64,000 nucleotides of DNA, from assembly GCA_048213135.1 (NCBI GenBank), contig PS015222.1:1-64000 (forward strand), written 5' to 3'. The notes under the pieces were generated by a model that worked only from the letters and a program-made list of their open reading frames with translations, was not told the DNA's origin and made no database searches. Within the stretch, counting starts at the first letter, position 1; every line of letters begins with the position of its first letter. Source of the stretch: Reclinomonas americana ATCC 50394. Lineage: Eukaryota. Shown piece by piece: positions 51,946 through 64,000 of this stretch. The position numbers were made by a program, and so were the translations under genes.

Positions 51946-54900
51946 ATGGAGACCGTGCAGCTGCTTGAGCAGGTGCTGAGTCGACCTGATCTGCATCCGG
52001 AGGTGTTCATCGCGGCCAATGTGCGTGCGAGATCAACACACACAAAGTGACTCATCTTCCGTCTTCCGTCGGTCTCCCTCTTCCTTGTCTCTCTCTCGGC
52101 ATCATCACTGTGTGTGTGTGTCTCTCTCTCTCTCCTCCTCGCTCTCTCCCTCCTCCTGTTTGCAAACTGGTGCATTTCGGGGTTTCCCGCGCGCCAACTC
52201 TCTCCATCATGACAACTCACGGATGCTGCTGTGCAAGCACGTGCACTGTTCCCTTTCCCTGCCCTCGCTCTCCCTGTCTGTCCCTCTTCTCCACTCCCCA
52301 GAGTCAAGTGCCAATTGTCCCATTCTGCAATTCATGTATTTCTGGTGCAGGCACATCCCGCCGGCTACGTCTCTCTGCAGTTCCTGCTGGTCAGTGCACC
52401 GGAGCTGAGCATGGGCGACGAAGAGCAGCTGGCGACGGCGATTGAGGAGCACGGTTGGCGGCAGCGACTGCTGCAGCTGAGTCGATGTCGACGCATGGTG
52501 CGAGTGCGCGACCCGGTGGAGCGCGTGCGTCACGTGATTGAGGAGGCCATGCTGCGTGCGTTGGTGAGTGCCCGTGGCGGGAGTAGTGCTGCTGGTGATG
52601 GTGGCGGCGATGAAGTGATGGCGGCAATGCTGGCCAAGTGCGACGGTGAGGGCTTTGTGGCGCTGGCGGATGTGGCGGCGGTGCCGGCGGTGCAGGAGGC
52701 GCTGCGAGCCACGGCGCACTTGGCGACGAAGAGTGACGACGAGTTCCCCATGGTGGGTGACGACGGGCGCACGGGTGCCGATGTCACGGCGGCGGCTGGA
52801 GGCAGTGCCGTGCAGGCGGTCGCGCATCCGGATCTGTCGCACGCGCTGGCCTCGTCGCCGTACGTGCACATGGATGTGGTCGGTGGTCGCATGCGTCCAC
52901 TGCCGCGTCTGGAGGCCGTACAGCGGCAACTCGAGTTTTGGTTCTCCGACGACAACCTCGCCGGCGACGCCCATTTGCGTCAGCTGATCGAGACGTGCAA
53001 GTTTCCGGCGCAGTTGGCCGACTCGCACGCGGGTGTTGTGCGCGCTGGCGACCTGCTGGAGTTCCGCCGCCTCACCAAGATGCAGGCCACTCGCGATGAT
53101 CTCGCTCTCGCCACACGGCGCTCCCCTGTGCTCTTGTCGGCGGGCGAGGGAGGCTGGATCGGTCGTCGTCGAGGTTTGCTCCCCGTGACTGCGAGTGATG
53201 GAGTGCGTCATGAGCCCCAACAAAAGAAACGCGTGTGAACGTAGCGTACAGGCTGGCCGACTTGTCGCAATACATGCAGCGACAAACCGACTTGGCCGTG
53301 CACCGACAGGTCCGACGCCAGATCGAGTTCTGGTTCAGCGACACCAATGTGCTGTACGACGCCACACTGCGCAGCATCATGCAGAGACATCCGCGCGGAT
53401 TCGTCAGCGTGGCTTCTCTGGCGAGGCTGCCCACCATCGAGACGTTGCGTGTGTACGACTCGGTGCAAATGAGGTACTGCTGTGGGAGCTAACGCGTATG
53501 CGCAGCATCTGTCGCGAGGCCGAGTGCGAGCAGTCGCCTGAGCAGGTGACGGTGTATGCGCTGCGAGGATCATCGGTGTTGGAGTTGAGCCATGACGAGC
53601 GCATGGTGCGAAGGAAGGCTCGTTTGCCCGAGTTGAGGCGCATGGTGGCGTGTGCTGCCGATTTTGATGAACTGCGAAGTTGCGTGCATTGTTTCTGTAC
53701 AATTCGTGGCAGAGTGGGCATGTGAGCTCACGCTGCCGCAGCTCTCATGCCAGCCACACCGCCACCACAGCCGCTAACTTTTACACTGATGACATACAAT
53801 GTTACGTGTGCATGCACACCATTTTCTCGCTGCATATCGCCGACGGTCTTCGTGGCATTGTGCAGGTGCTGGCTGACTACCTGGCTCGTCCCGATTGGTT
53901 CCCCGGCGTCAAGGCCGAGTACATGAGTGCGTCTTTGTGGCGTTGTCGTCATTTTTCCATTCTTTGCTCACCCCGCACGCGCATCACTGCAGCGTGGGCC
54001 TACCGGAGACGACTGATCAAGAGCGAGATTTTGTACCACTCGCCCGACATTTTGTGTCTGCAGGAAATGCAGAGCACGCGCAACTGGAGAGACGACCCGG
54101 TGAGTCCCCCCGCACGCACGTGCGTGTGTGTGTGCTTGTGCTGATGACTACGGCAGGAGACAACGGGAAATCACGCAGCATTCTTCCTCGAGTTCCTGGA
54201 ACAGGCCGGCTACTCGGGCCACCACATTCGCAAGACGAATCGACGTGGCAAGCAAAACTCGGATGTGACCATTGGCAATGCGGTTTGTGTTCCTCCCGCC
54301 TTGTGTGTGCGCTTTTGCTTGTCAGCCGTTGTGACTACCGGCCGGCAGATCTTCTTCAAAGTCGATGCGTTCGAGTTGGTGGCGCAAGAGGAGATCATTA
54401 TTGCTCTGCACATGAGCAAGTTGTTCTCCTCGATCGACGACTACAAGGTACTGGGGGAGAATAAGCTGGATCTTTATTGTCTTTTTCCTGCGCTCACACG
54501 CTTCTCTGTTTGTGTGTTTTGCAGTCCAACATGCACTCGTACGATCACGTTGCACTATTCACACTGCTGCGACACCGCGCCACCGAACACCACGTGCTGG
54601 TGTGTACGGCGCACTTGTCGCCCGACTGGAGAAGAAAGCACGTGCCGACTGTGCAGGCCTACGTGTGCCTGCGTGAGATGGAGCGCTGGCGTCGCGAATG
54701 GTGCCGTGGCGGCCGTCTGATCAACGCAGTCGAAGCACCCGAGGACTGCACCCCACTGCCGGTGATTTTCGCCGGCGACCTGAACATTATGCCGTGTGAT
54801 GGCGCGTACGAGTTGATTCAGGAGGGGCATGTTGCGTGTGTGTCAGTGGTGGCTTGCTGCGCACGGATCGTCCATTTATTTTGGTTCATTTTTGTGTGGT

Positions 54901-55416
54901 CGCCGCGCGCAGCTCGCCCCGACGCACGAGGACCTGCAGATGCTCAGCGAGATCCGCCTCAACCGCGTCAACCTCTTCAATGTGCACGCCATGGACACGG
55001 ACGAAGATGGCGATGGCGATGGAGAGGCTCGTCCGCCGTTCGCGCACAACATGCCGCTGGACAGCACGTACCGCTTGGTGTTGGAGCAGGAGCCACGCGC
55101 GACGAACTGGACGCAAAAGTTTTCGGTTGGTATTCTTTTGTGGGGGGGAGGGAAGGGGGAGGGTGAAGGTGGTTGATTTGTATCGGTTGGGTGGGTGGGG
55201 TGGAAGGTACAGTGGTGATTGGCTGATGATGATATGTACATGCAGGAGTGCCTCGATTACATTTTCATCAGCACCGACGGACTGGTGCCGGTGGCGGTTC
55301 TGGATGTGCCGTCGGTCAGCTGCATGTCGGCCGAGGGCAACACACTGCCCAACTCACGCTTCCCCAGCGACCACGTGCCGCTGCTGGCTAGACTGAGGTG
55401 GCGAGGCGAAGAATAA
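51946..55416 (+). CDS. Fusion of tandem La motifs (2 clear, 2 degenerate) with a CCR4/Angel/nocturnin-type EEP nuclease/phosphatase
   Basis: La motifs QLEFWFSDDNLAGD and QIEFWFSDTNVLYD..GFVSV..ALRGSSVLELSHDERMVRR. EEP motifs TYNVLA, LCLQE, AHL, GDLN, LDYIF, PSDH. One spliced frame. Confidence 0.85.
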
Positions 55417-55801
55417 TTGAATTCGTCGTTTTTGTGTGAAAACGAGGCGCGCGGCATATGCTTGTCGTGTTCGAATCGATTGCCGTTTTTTCTTCTGTAA
55501 CATTCGAAAGTGTGTGTGGTGGCGCGCATGCATGTTGCGTCGCAGACAGACCGCGGCGCGCACGTCGGAAGAACGTGTGAAGACCACCATGTCGTGTGGT
55601 GGCGAACGAATTAATTAGTCCGCGCGATTTCGGACACTCATTGATAGACAAGCTCGAAACGCAACAAAGAGGCTGGTTGCACCCGAAGTCGGTTGCTGCT
55701 GCGTTTCGCTTGAGGAGAGAGAGGAGAAGGAGTGGGAGAGAGATCGAGTCAAACACAACACACACACGCACGCACGCACGCACACACACACATCACACAT
55801 C

Positions 55802-56214
55802 ATGTCGACCAGCGCTCCCACCACTCCCCGCTCGCGTCACACGTACAGCCGCCAGGAGATGCTGGCACTGGTGCGTGTGCTCCCTCTGCCTTGCTCAACA
55901 CTCTCGGTCTCTCACACACACACATCCACACAGAGGGCCTCGCCGCTCTCACAGGCACCACCACCGGCCTTTGCGTGGATCGACGGCCTCTCGCGTGCGT
56001 CGCCTGTCAGTTCGCCGGGGACGCCCGACGAGTCGCCACCCTTTATGAAGAAGCGCTCGCCCTTCTTTGACGACGGTGCAGGTTGGTTGTGATTGCTCTG
56101 CGCAAGCTCGTGATCGCGATCGCGATCACCCAGCGATATCACTCACACACACCCTGCTTGCATACAGCGTCCACGTCTGGCTCCTCGGCCGCCGCACCAC
56201 ACGAGGCGCACTGA
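55802..56214 (+). CDS. eIF4E-binding protein (4E-BP)-like small protein, 3 exons
   Basis: Spliced RHTYSRQEMLAL-RASPLSQAPP matches the 4E-BP YxxxxLphi plus R.SP...PP signature, with several SP/TP sites. Confidence 0.7.
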
Positions 56215-56504
56215 GCAGAGCAGACGCGTACTGTGCCACACAGACAACAAGAGAAAAAGAACCACCACCATTATAGATCGATAGCGAGATCGCAATCATA
56301 GAGAATGTAAAATGATAATGTGTACCTTCCCCGCATAGCAGCACTCCCCTTGTGTGTGTCATCCAGCGCTGTGCCAGAGCGATCACGTCCACAGCAAGAG
56401 TCATGCACCGTAAATCCCGCGCTTTGCGTGCGTTTCTTAATTTCGATTTGCGCGAGTCACGCGCGGCGTCAATAATTGCGTCCCCCACTTGCATTGTCGA
56501 CATC

Positions 56505-57986
56505 ATGAAGGAGAGCTTGTTCGGCTGTTTCGATGACATGGGCATCTGCTGCTGCACGTGGTGCTGGTGAGTTGTCTGTCGCGCTGCACGCACTTGCCCG
56601 TGCGTAATATCATCGAAGCAGTTTCGAGTCCAGGATTTGTGTACTCTCTCAAACCATTGCTCGTCGGCGTAGGCCTCCTCCTACACTCTCCTCTTCTTGT
56701 ACTCTTTCTTCGCCTCTGACTGCTCCTCCGTGCACGCCACTGCGATCCCTGTTTGCAGCGGGGCAGGGAGAGGGGGGAGCCATGTACATGTCACCCCACC
56801 ACGCACATGTCCCCAGCCTAGGCCAAAGCCTCTCCTTCCTATCACTAACTCTTCGCCTGTACACACACGCACACAGCTTGACTCGGTGCTGCCAGATTGG
56901 TCGCAACCACTACGGTGTGTCTGCAGATTGTTTCTCTAGATCTTCCTTGTGTTTCGTCGTCGGAAAAATGACGAACGTGTTGTTGGTGTTCTCAGCGGTG
57001 CAGCAGCTGGCTCGCGGCGATGCCGTGACCTGGGGCGAAGGGACGGTGGGCGGAATGTGCTGTGCAGGTGTGCACGCGTGTCTGCGTTATCTTGCCTCTT
57101 CTTCACACGCACTGCTGCTCACTGTACATGTGCAGACCACTGCTTCTGTGCAATTGTTGCGTCGCCTATAGTTGTCCTTGTCAGCAAAACACCTGTGCTT
57201 CGTATGAATTGTCTCTCACATCGGCTTGGCGTGATCGTGATCGTGTCGGATCCGGATACAGCCCGTTGCGTCACTCCTGCTTTCGTCATCCATTTCATGT
57301 GGCTCGTCGGACTGAAGTGTATCAACGTTGTTGCTGTTCGAACAGGGCTGCTATCTCACTGCCTGCGACCATCCGCAAATCATCCGCAGCAACCTCGGCT
57401 ACGAGGGTGGTGACGGCTGCACTGACTGCCTCATCGGTAAGGCTGCACGCGCGCTGCAGCACTTTGAGTATTATCACAAAAAATGACCGATATCATTTTT
57501 CTTTTTGCAGGCGTCTTCTGCTACCAGTGCCGGTAAGTCGCTGCGGTCACTCTTTGTAGTTTGCACATTCTCTCTTACACCAGACAATGCAGCGTGTGCC
57601 AGCTGGCTCGCGAGCTCAAGTACAACGCCACCGACATGGGCGCGAGGAAGCCGAGGAATACCGTGGGCAACATCCTGGGCGGACAGAGTGCCTCTACCAA
57701 CGCCGGCCCGAGTGTGAACAACATCAACGTGACAGTGTCGCCGACCATCTCGCCGCAGATGAACATGGCGCCGCAGATGACGATGGGCTACCAGCAGGCC
57801 CCACCGGCAGCGGCCTATCCCGCCGCCCCGCCGCCACCTGGCTACCAGCAAGGCTACCCGGCTCCTCCGCCCGGCTACCCCTACCACGATCCCTCTGGGC
57901 AGGGTGGATACGGCACGGCGGCTCCGTCGGCCCCTCCTGGGTATGGCGCGATGGGCTCTGGCGGCACCGGTTACAGCAAGATGTAA
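56505..57986 (+). CDS. PLAC8/cornifelin Cys-rich protein with a Pro/Tyr-rich tail
   Basis: LFGCFDDMGICCCTWC and C..CSVCQLARELK, followed by a PPPGY-rich C-terminus. Confidence 0.8.
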
Positions 57987-58144
57987 TGCTCTCTTGCCGC
58001 GCCTCCTCTTCCTCCTCCTCCTCCTCCTCCTCGTTGTGACTGCGACTCCAATGCCGTGTTGGTTCACATCTTACCGCAATCAGTGCCAATGAAAGCGAGT
58101 GCACCACACACAGACTACACCACGACATTTTACAGATCCACTCG

Positions 58145-59596
<1,452 letters not shown>

Positions 59597-59603
59597 CGTC
59601 GTC

Positions 59604-62326
59604 ATGAGTTCGTCGCCTGAGCTTGCACAACTGGTCCACTCGTGGCTTGCGCTTGGTTGCGTGCACCAGACATGCACACGCACACATACGCACGCACACA
59701 CATGCTCATGTTCTTGTGCAGATCGCGACCCGGACACGCGTGAGCAGATTCGTCAGCTGGCGGTGCGTGCAGGCATTGCGCTTGGTGAAGATGCAGAGGC
59801 GGCGGTGAGCGAGGCCAGCACGCGTGAGTCGGCCACAGAGGAGCTGCGTGCGCGATTGGGCAAGCGCATTGCATTTGGAACTGCAGGTCTCTGTCTCTTT
59901 CTCTCTTGCTTGCGCGCTCTCTCTCTCTCTCTTCGGCGACTGATGCGTTGCGTTGGGTGCAGGCTTGCGTGGACGCATGGAAGCCGGCTTCAATCGCATG
60001 AATGGTCTCATTATCATGCAGGCGACGCAGGTGCGCATCTTTTTCTCTCTCTTCTCACTTGTGCGAGCTGTGCTGTTCATCATTGTTGCGTGGCAGGGTC
60101 TGTTTGTGCATCTGTGTGATGTGTTTGGCGAGGAGACTGTGCGCAACCGCGGCATTGTGATTGGTCACGATGCGCGGCACCATTCGCTCGAGTATGCTCG
60201 CTTGACAGCGTCGGTGTTTGTGCAACGTGGTGCGCGTGTGCATCTCTTCTCCAAGATTGTGGCGACGCCGATGGTGGTACGCTTGTGTCTCTTCTCTCTC
60301 TCTTTCTGCTCTTTCGCTTCGTGTTGCTGATGGCTCTGTGCAGGCGTATGGAGTGCGCAAGCTGCAGACGGTGGCCGGTGTCATGGTCACGGCGAGTCAC
60401 AACCCGAAAGCCGACAACGGCTACAAGGTGTACTGGGAGAATGGGTGCCAGGTGTGGACTCGACACACAGTCTCTCGCGCTGTGTGGCATGCACGCCTCA
60501 CTGTTGCATGCCTGCAGATCATTCCCCCTCACGACGCCGGCATCGCGAAGCGCATCGAGGAAAATCAGGAGCCATGGGCGGGCGTGTACGAGCAGGCGGA
60601 GCATGTGCGCGAGTCGGCGCTGTGTCACGATCCGTTTGACGAGGTGTGCGATGCCTACTTCAAGGCCGTGCATGACGAGTACTGCCACAAGCGGTGTGTG
60701 TCGGCTTTTTTTGATTGCATATTTCTCTCTGCCGTATCCGCTCACTGCGAGACACTGTGCACAGCTCGCAGAACCAGCAATCCGACATGAAGGTGGTGTA
60801 CACGGCCATGCACGGTGTTGGTGCGCCGTTTGTGGCTCGAGCGTTCGAGGCATTTGGCCTGCCACCGTACATTCCCACGGTCGAACAGATCAATCCCGAT
60901 CCCGAATTCCCCACTGTGCGCTTCCCTAATCCCGAGGAGAAGGGTGCCATGGTGCGTTGTGCAGTGTGTGTGTATGGTAGCAATGACGAGAAACGTTGAC
61001 ACTGAGGTGGGGTGCGACAGGATCTGGCAATCAAGACGGCCACGGAGGTGGGTGCCGATTATGTGGTGGCCAACGACCCCGACGCCGATCGACTGGCCGT
61101 GGCGGTGCAGGAGAAGTTGCGAGGACTTTCTGCTGCGCTGTTGACTACCTCATGTACTCACGATGCTTGGCGCGCGCGTGTGTGTGTGAGCAGTGGCACG
61201 TGGTACGTGTTGAATGGAAACGAAATCGCCAATCTGTTTGCCGAGTATGCATGGCGCATGTGGCGCGAGCGCAACGCCGACAAGGAGCCAGGTTTGCACA
61301 TTGCGCTTTCTTCGTCTCTTATCTTAAGCTGACGGAGATTCCCGTTGTCTGCGAGCAGGCTCGGCGGTGATGGTGGCGAGCACGGTGTCGTCCAAGTTTT
61401 TGAAAGCCATGGCCGACGCGGAGGGATTCGAGTTTGCCGACACGCTGACTGGATTCAAGTGGATGGGCAACAAGGCCGACGAGTACGTGCGTCGTGGCTA
61501 TCACTTCCTGTTTGCCTACGAGGTGGAACTCGGTGAGAGCTCGTGTCACTGTAGCGTCATTGTTGGGCGGCAGCATGCTGCTGACACCTCGTTGTGTTAG
61601 GGTTCCTGGTCGGCGACCTGAACCTGGACAAGGACGGCCTGCGCACCGCCGCCATCATGACGGAGCTGGTGCTGGATCTGAAGCGACAGGGCATCTCGGT
61701 CAGACAACACTTGGACAACATGTACCGCAAGTTGCGTGATGAATCAACGCGGCGCTCTCTGTCGACGCATTGCACTGACCCTTCTGCTGCAGATACGGCT
61801 ACTTCCACATGATCAACAAGTACTTTTTCTGCTACCACACCGAGGACTCGGATGCCGTGTTCAAGCGCCTGCGCACCGGCGGTCCGGATGGCGGATACTT
61901 GCGTGAATTCGGACCCTTCCGGTGAGCCAGTCGTGAAATTTGTTGTCGGCGCTGCCTCTCGTCTGACCACGCACGCAGTGCGAAGAACATTCGTGACGTT
62001 ACGCTCGGGTTCGACGATGCATTCGAGGATCACAAGTCGCGCCTGCCGCTGGTCACCGACAGCCAGGCACGTTCCTCGTTTCTTCACGTTCCCATAAGCA
62101 CTCTGTCTCACCTGCATTCGTTCATGCACTGCAGATGATCACATACACGGTGGAGGGCGGCGGCACGGTGACGCTGCGCAACTCGGGCACCGAGCCCAAG
62201 CTGAAGTACTATGTGGAGTGCTCGGGCCCCGACGCCGCCACGGCTCGTGTGCGATCCGAGGCCGTCGAACAGGCCATGATTGAGCACTTCCTGGAGCCGG
62301 AGAAGAACAACCTGGTGAAGCCCTGA
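59604..62326 (+). CDS. PGM2: Phosphoglucomutase-2 / phosphopentomutase (PGM2 family)
   Basis: FGTAGLRG, TASHNP (phosphoserine), [44 protein letters not shown]. Confidence 0.95.
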
Positions 62327-62464
62327 GCCAGCCACGTTTGCTCATGTGGCGTACGCCTCGGGCACACCATGAATTCATTAAACAAAATCGACTACCGAGT
62401 CCCCTGTCCTCCCGCCACACACAATCGCAATCCGCGAGACAACTCGTTGTCGCTGCGTGTCACA

Positions 62465-64000
62465 ATGGACGTGGATGACGATGGTTTGCGTGCCCAGTCC
62501 TCTGCACAATCCCTTCGCGTGCTCACTCTCTTTCCCGCTCAGTCTCCGCAGTGCGCAGTGAGCGCGATGCCGAAAGTCTGAACAGCAGTCGCCTCTCCTC
62601 TGGCGCCGTCTCACCTCGCGACGACGACGGCGAGGAGTTTGATGAGGACGACGGTGACATGGACGACGAAGATGACGAGGAGAACATCAATGGCGATAGT
62701 CGCGAGGTCACTCTCACACACGCACTCACGCACTCAAGCATCCACTGTCTCTGATGCACACGCGTGTGTGGCAGGTCTCGCGCAGTGCCACGCCCATGGA
62801 TGCCGGTGAGCACGCCGGTGAGCATGCTGCATCGGCATCATCAGCATCATCGTCGCAACGCATGCGCGGCAGGCCATCGCGCGCGGCCGCTGCTGCTGCT
62901 GCCGAGGAGTCGGCTGCGGCGGCTGCAGCTGCCGCAGGGCCGCTGTTCGCCTATCGCTCGTTTGATCGGCTGGTCCCCATTCGACTCGATGTTGACTGCG
63001 GCGAGTTGGGGCGTTTGCAGGATGTGTTTCTGTGGGATCTGGGAGGTTTGCATGTACAGCGCGAGTGTGTATCTACGTGCGTACGTGCTGAACGATGATG
63101 CGCGCGCGACTGTAGGTGACGCAGAGGAGGACGAAGAGGAGACGCGTCATCTGTACGAGGAGGGCCTCAACAACTTTGTGCTGCGACTGGCCACCGAGTA
63201 TCGATTGACCTCCGAGTACATGCATCAGGTGGCGGAGACGTGTCGTGGTCAGATCGAGTACGCCGCTCGTGTCTTGTCGCACCCGGCGCCTGTCGGTCGC
63301 TCCTTTCGTGTCAACATTTCGGTGCGCATGACTGTCGTCGCTGTGCCGTCTCTCTCATGAGCTGCTCACTTGTTTTGCTCAGCTGAACCTGCGTATCGGC
63401 CTGACGGTGTTGCAAGACAACTTTGAGTGGGACATTAACAATCCGCATGCCAGCCCTGAAGAGTTTGCCACGTGCCTGTGCGCCGAGATGGCTCTCGGAA
63501 CCGAGTGGTTGGTGCCGATTGCACACTCCATCCGCGAGCAGGTGCTGCAGGCGAGGAGAGTTGCGTCGATCCGCAATGTCATGTCGCTGCCGGCTTCCTC
63601 CTCATCGCTATCCTTCCTTTTGCGGTTCTCTTCGTAGGAGTACATTCAGAATGGCTATCCTGCGGATGCGAACGACGAGATCAGCCGCGGCATTGTGCTG
63701 GTTCACGAGCCCAGCGACGAGTACTCGCTTGTGCGTGATGAACTCGAACAGAGTCAGTTCGAGCCGGTGGTGGCCAAGGTCAATCGCGACGATGTTAGTC
63801 GCATCGAGCCGATCGAGGAACGGCAAGCGCGGTACGTGGCATCATCGCGCGCACGCCTGCCGATGGCAGTGATTGATTGTGGAGTGCAGATATCGGCGGC
63901 GAAACATGGACGTGTTTGTCGACAGTGGCGCCATGCGCGTGCAGAGGAAATGTTGCGGTCACTCGCTCACGCGCGTGAGTGTGTGTATGTGTTCTCACCA
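62465..64000 (+). CDS. SNF5: SNF5/SMARCB1/Sfh1-like chromatin-remodelling subunit (3' end at or beyond the window edge)
   Basis: LVPIRLDVD..LQDVFLWD (repeat 1) and LNLRIG..LQDNFEWDI....PEEFA..LCAEMAL....IAHSIREQ (repeat 2). Confidence 0.9.

Overview
Gene-dense, GC-rich eukaryotic scaffold with several N gaps and many short (mostly 60-100 nt) spliceosomal introns. The source is a protist, probably an amoebozoan (inferred from an RdeA-like HPt, an IRE/Rim15-type kinase and a 4E-BP). About 25 protein genes were reconstructed by splicing by hand. They include COX6A, an IRE/Greatwall-like kinase, an intronless homocysteine S-methyltransferase, an HPt protein, an EF-hand esterase, a CAP-Gly protein, a GNAT protein, ThiL, two tandem 2OG-Fe(II) oxygenases, a cyanophycinase, PrimPol, an ependymin-like secreted protein, PIG-L, a MORN-RING protein, a La-motif/CCR4-type nuclease fusion, 4E-BP, PLAC8, guanylate kinase, PGM2 and SNF5. 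Four observations stand out. (1) A protein with up to four tandem La motifs fused to an intact CCR4/EEP nuclease lies next to a 4E-BP gene. (2) An abundant class of one-base-shifted 5' splice sites (N|GTTGCG, usually preceded by A, lacking +5G) occurs throughout. (3) An intron-containing archaeal-type thiamine-monophosphate kinase is present in a eukaryote. (4) The HPt gene has its middle exons on the opposite strand, most likely from a mis-oriented contig. All family assignments come from motif recognition; no database searches were run.
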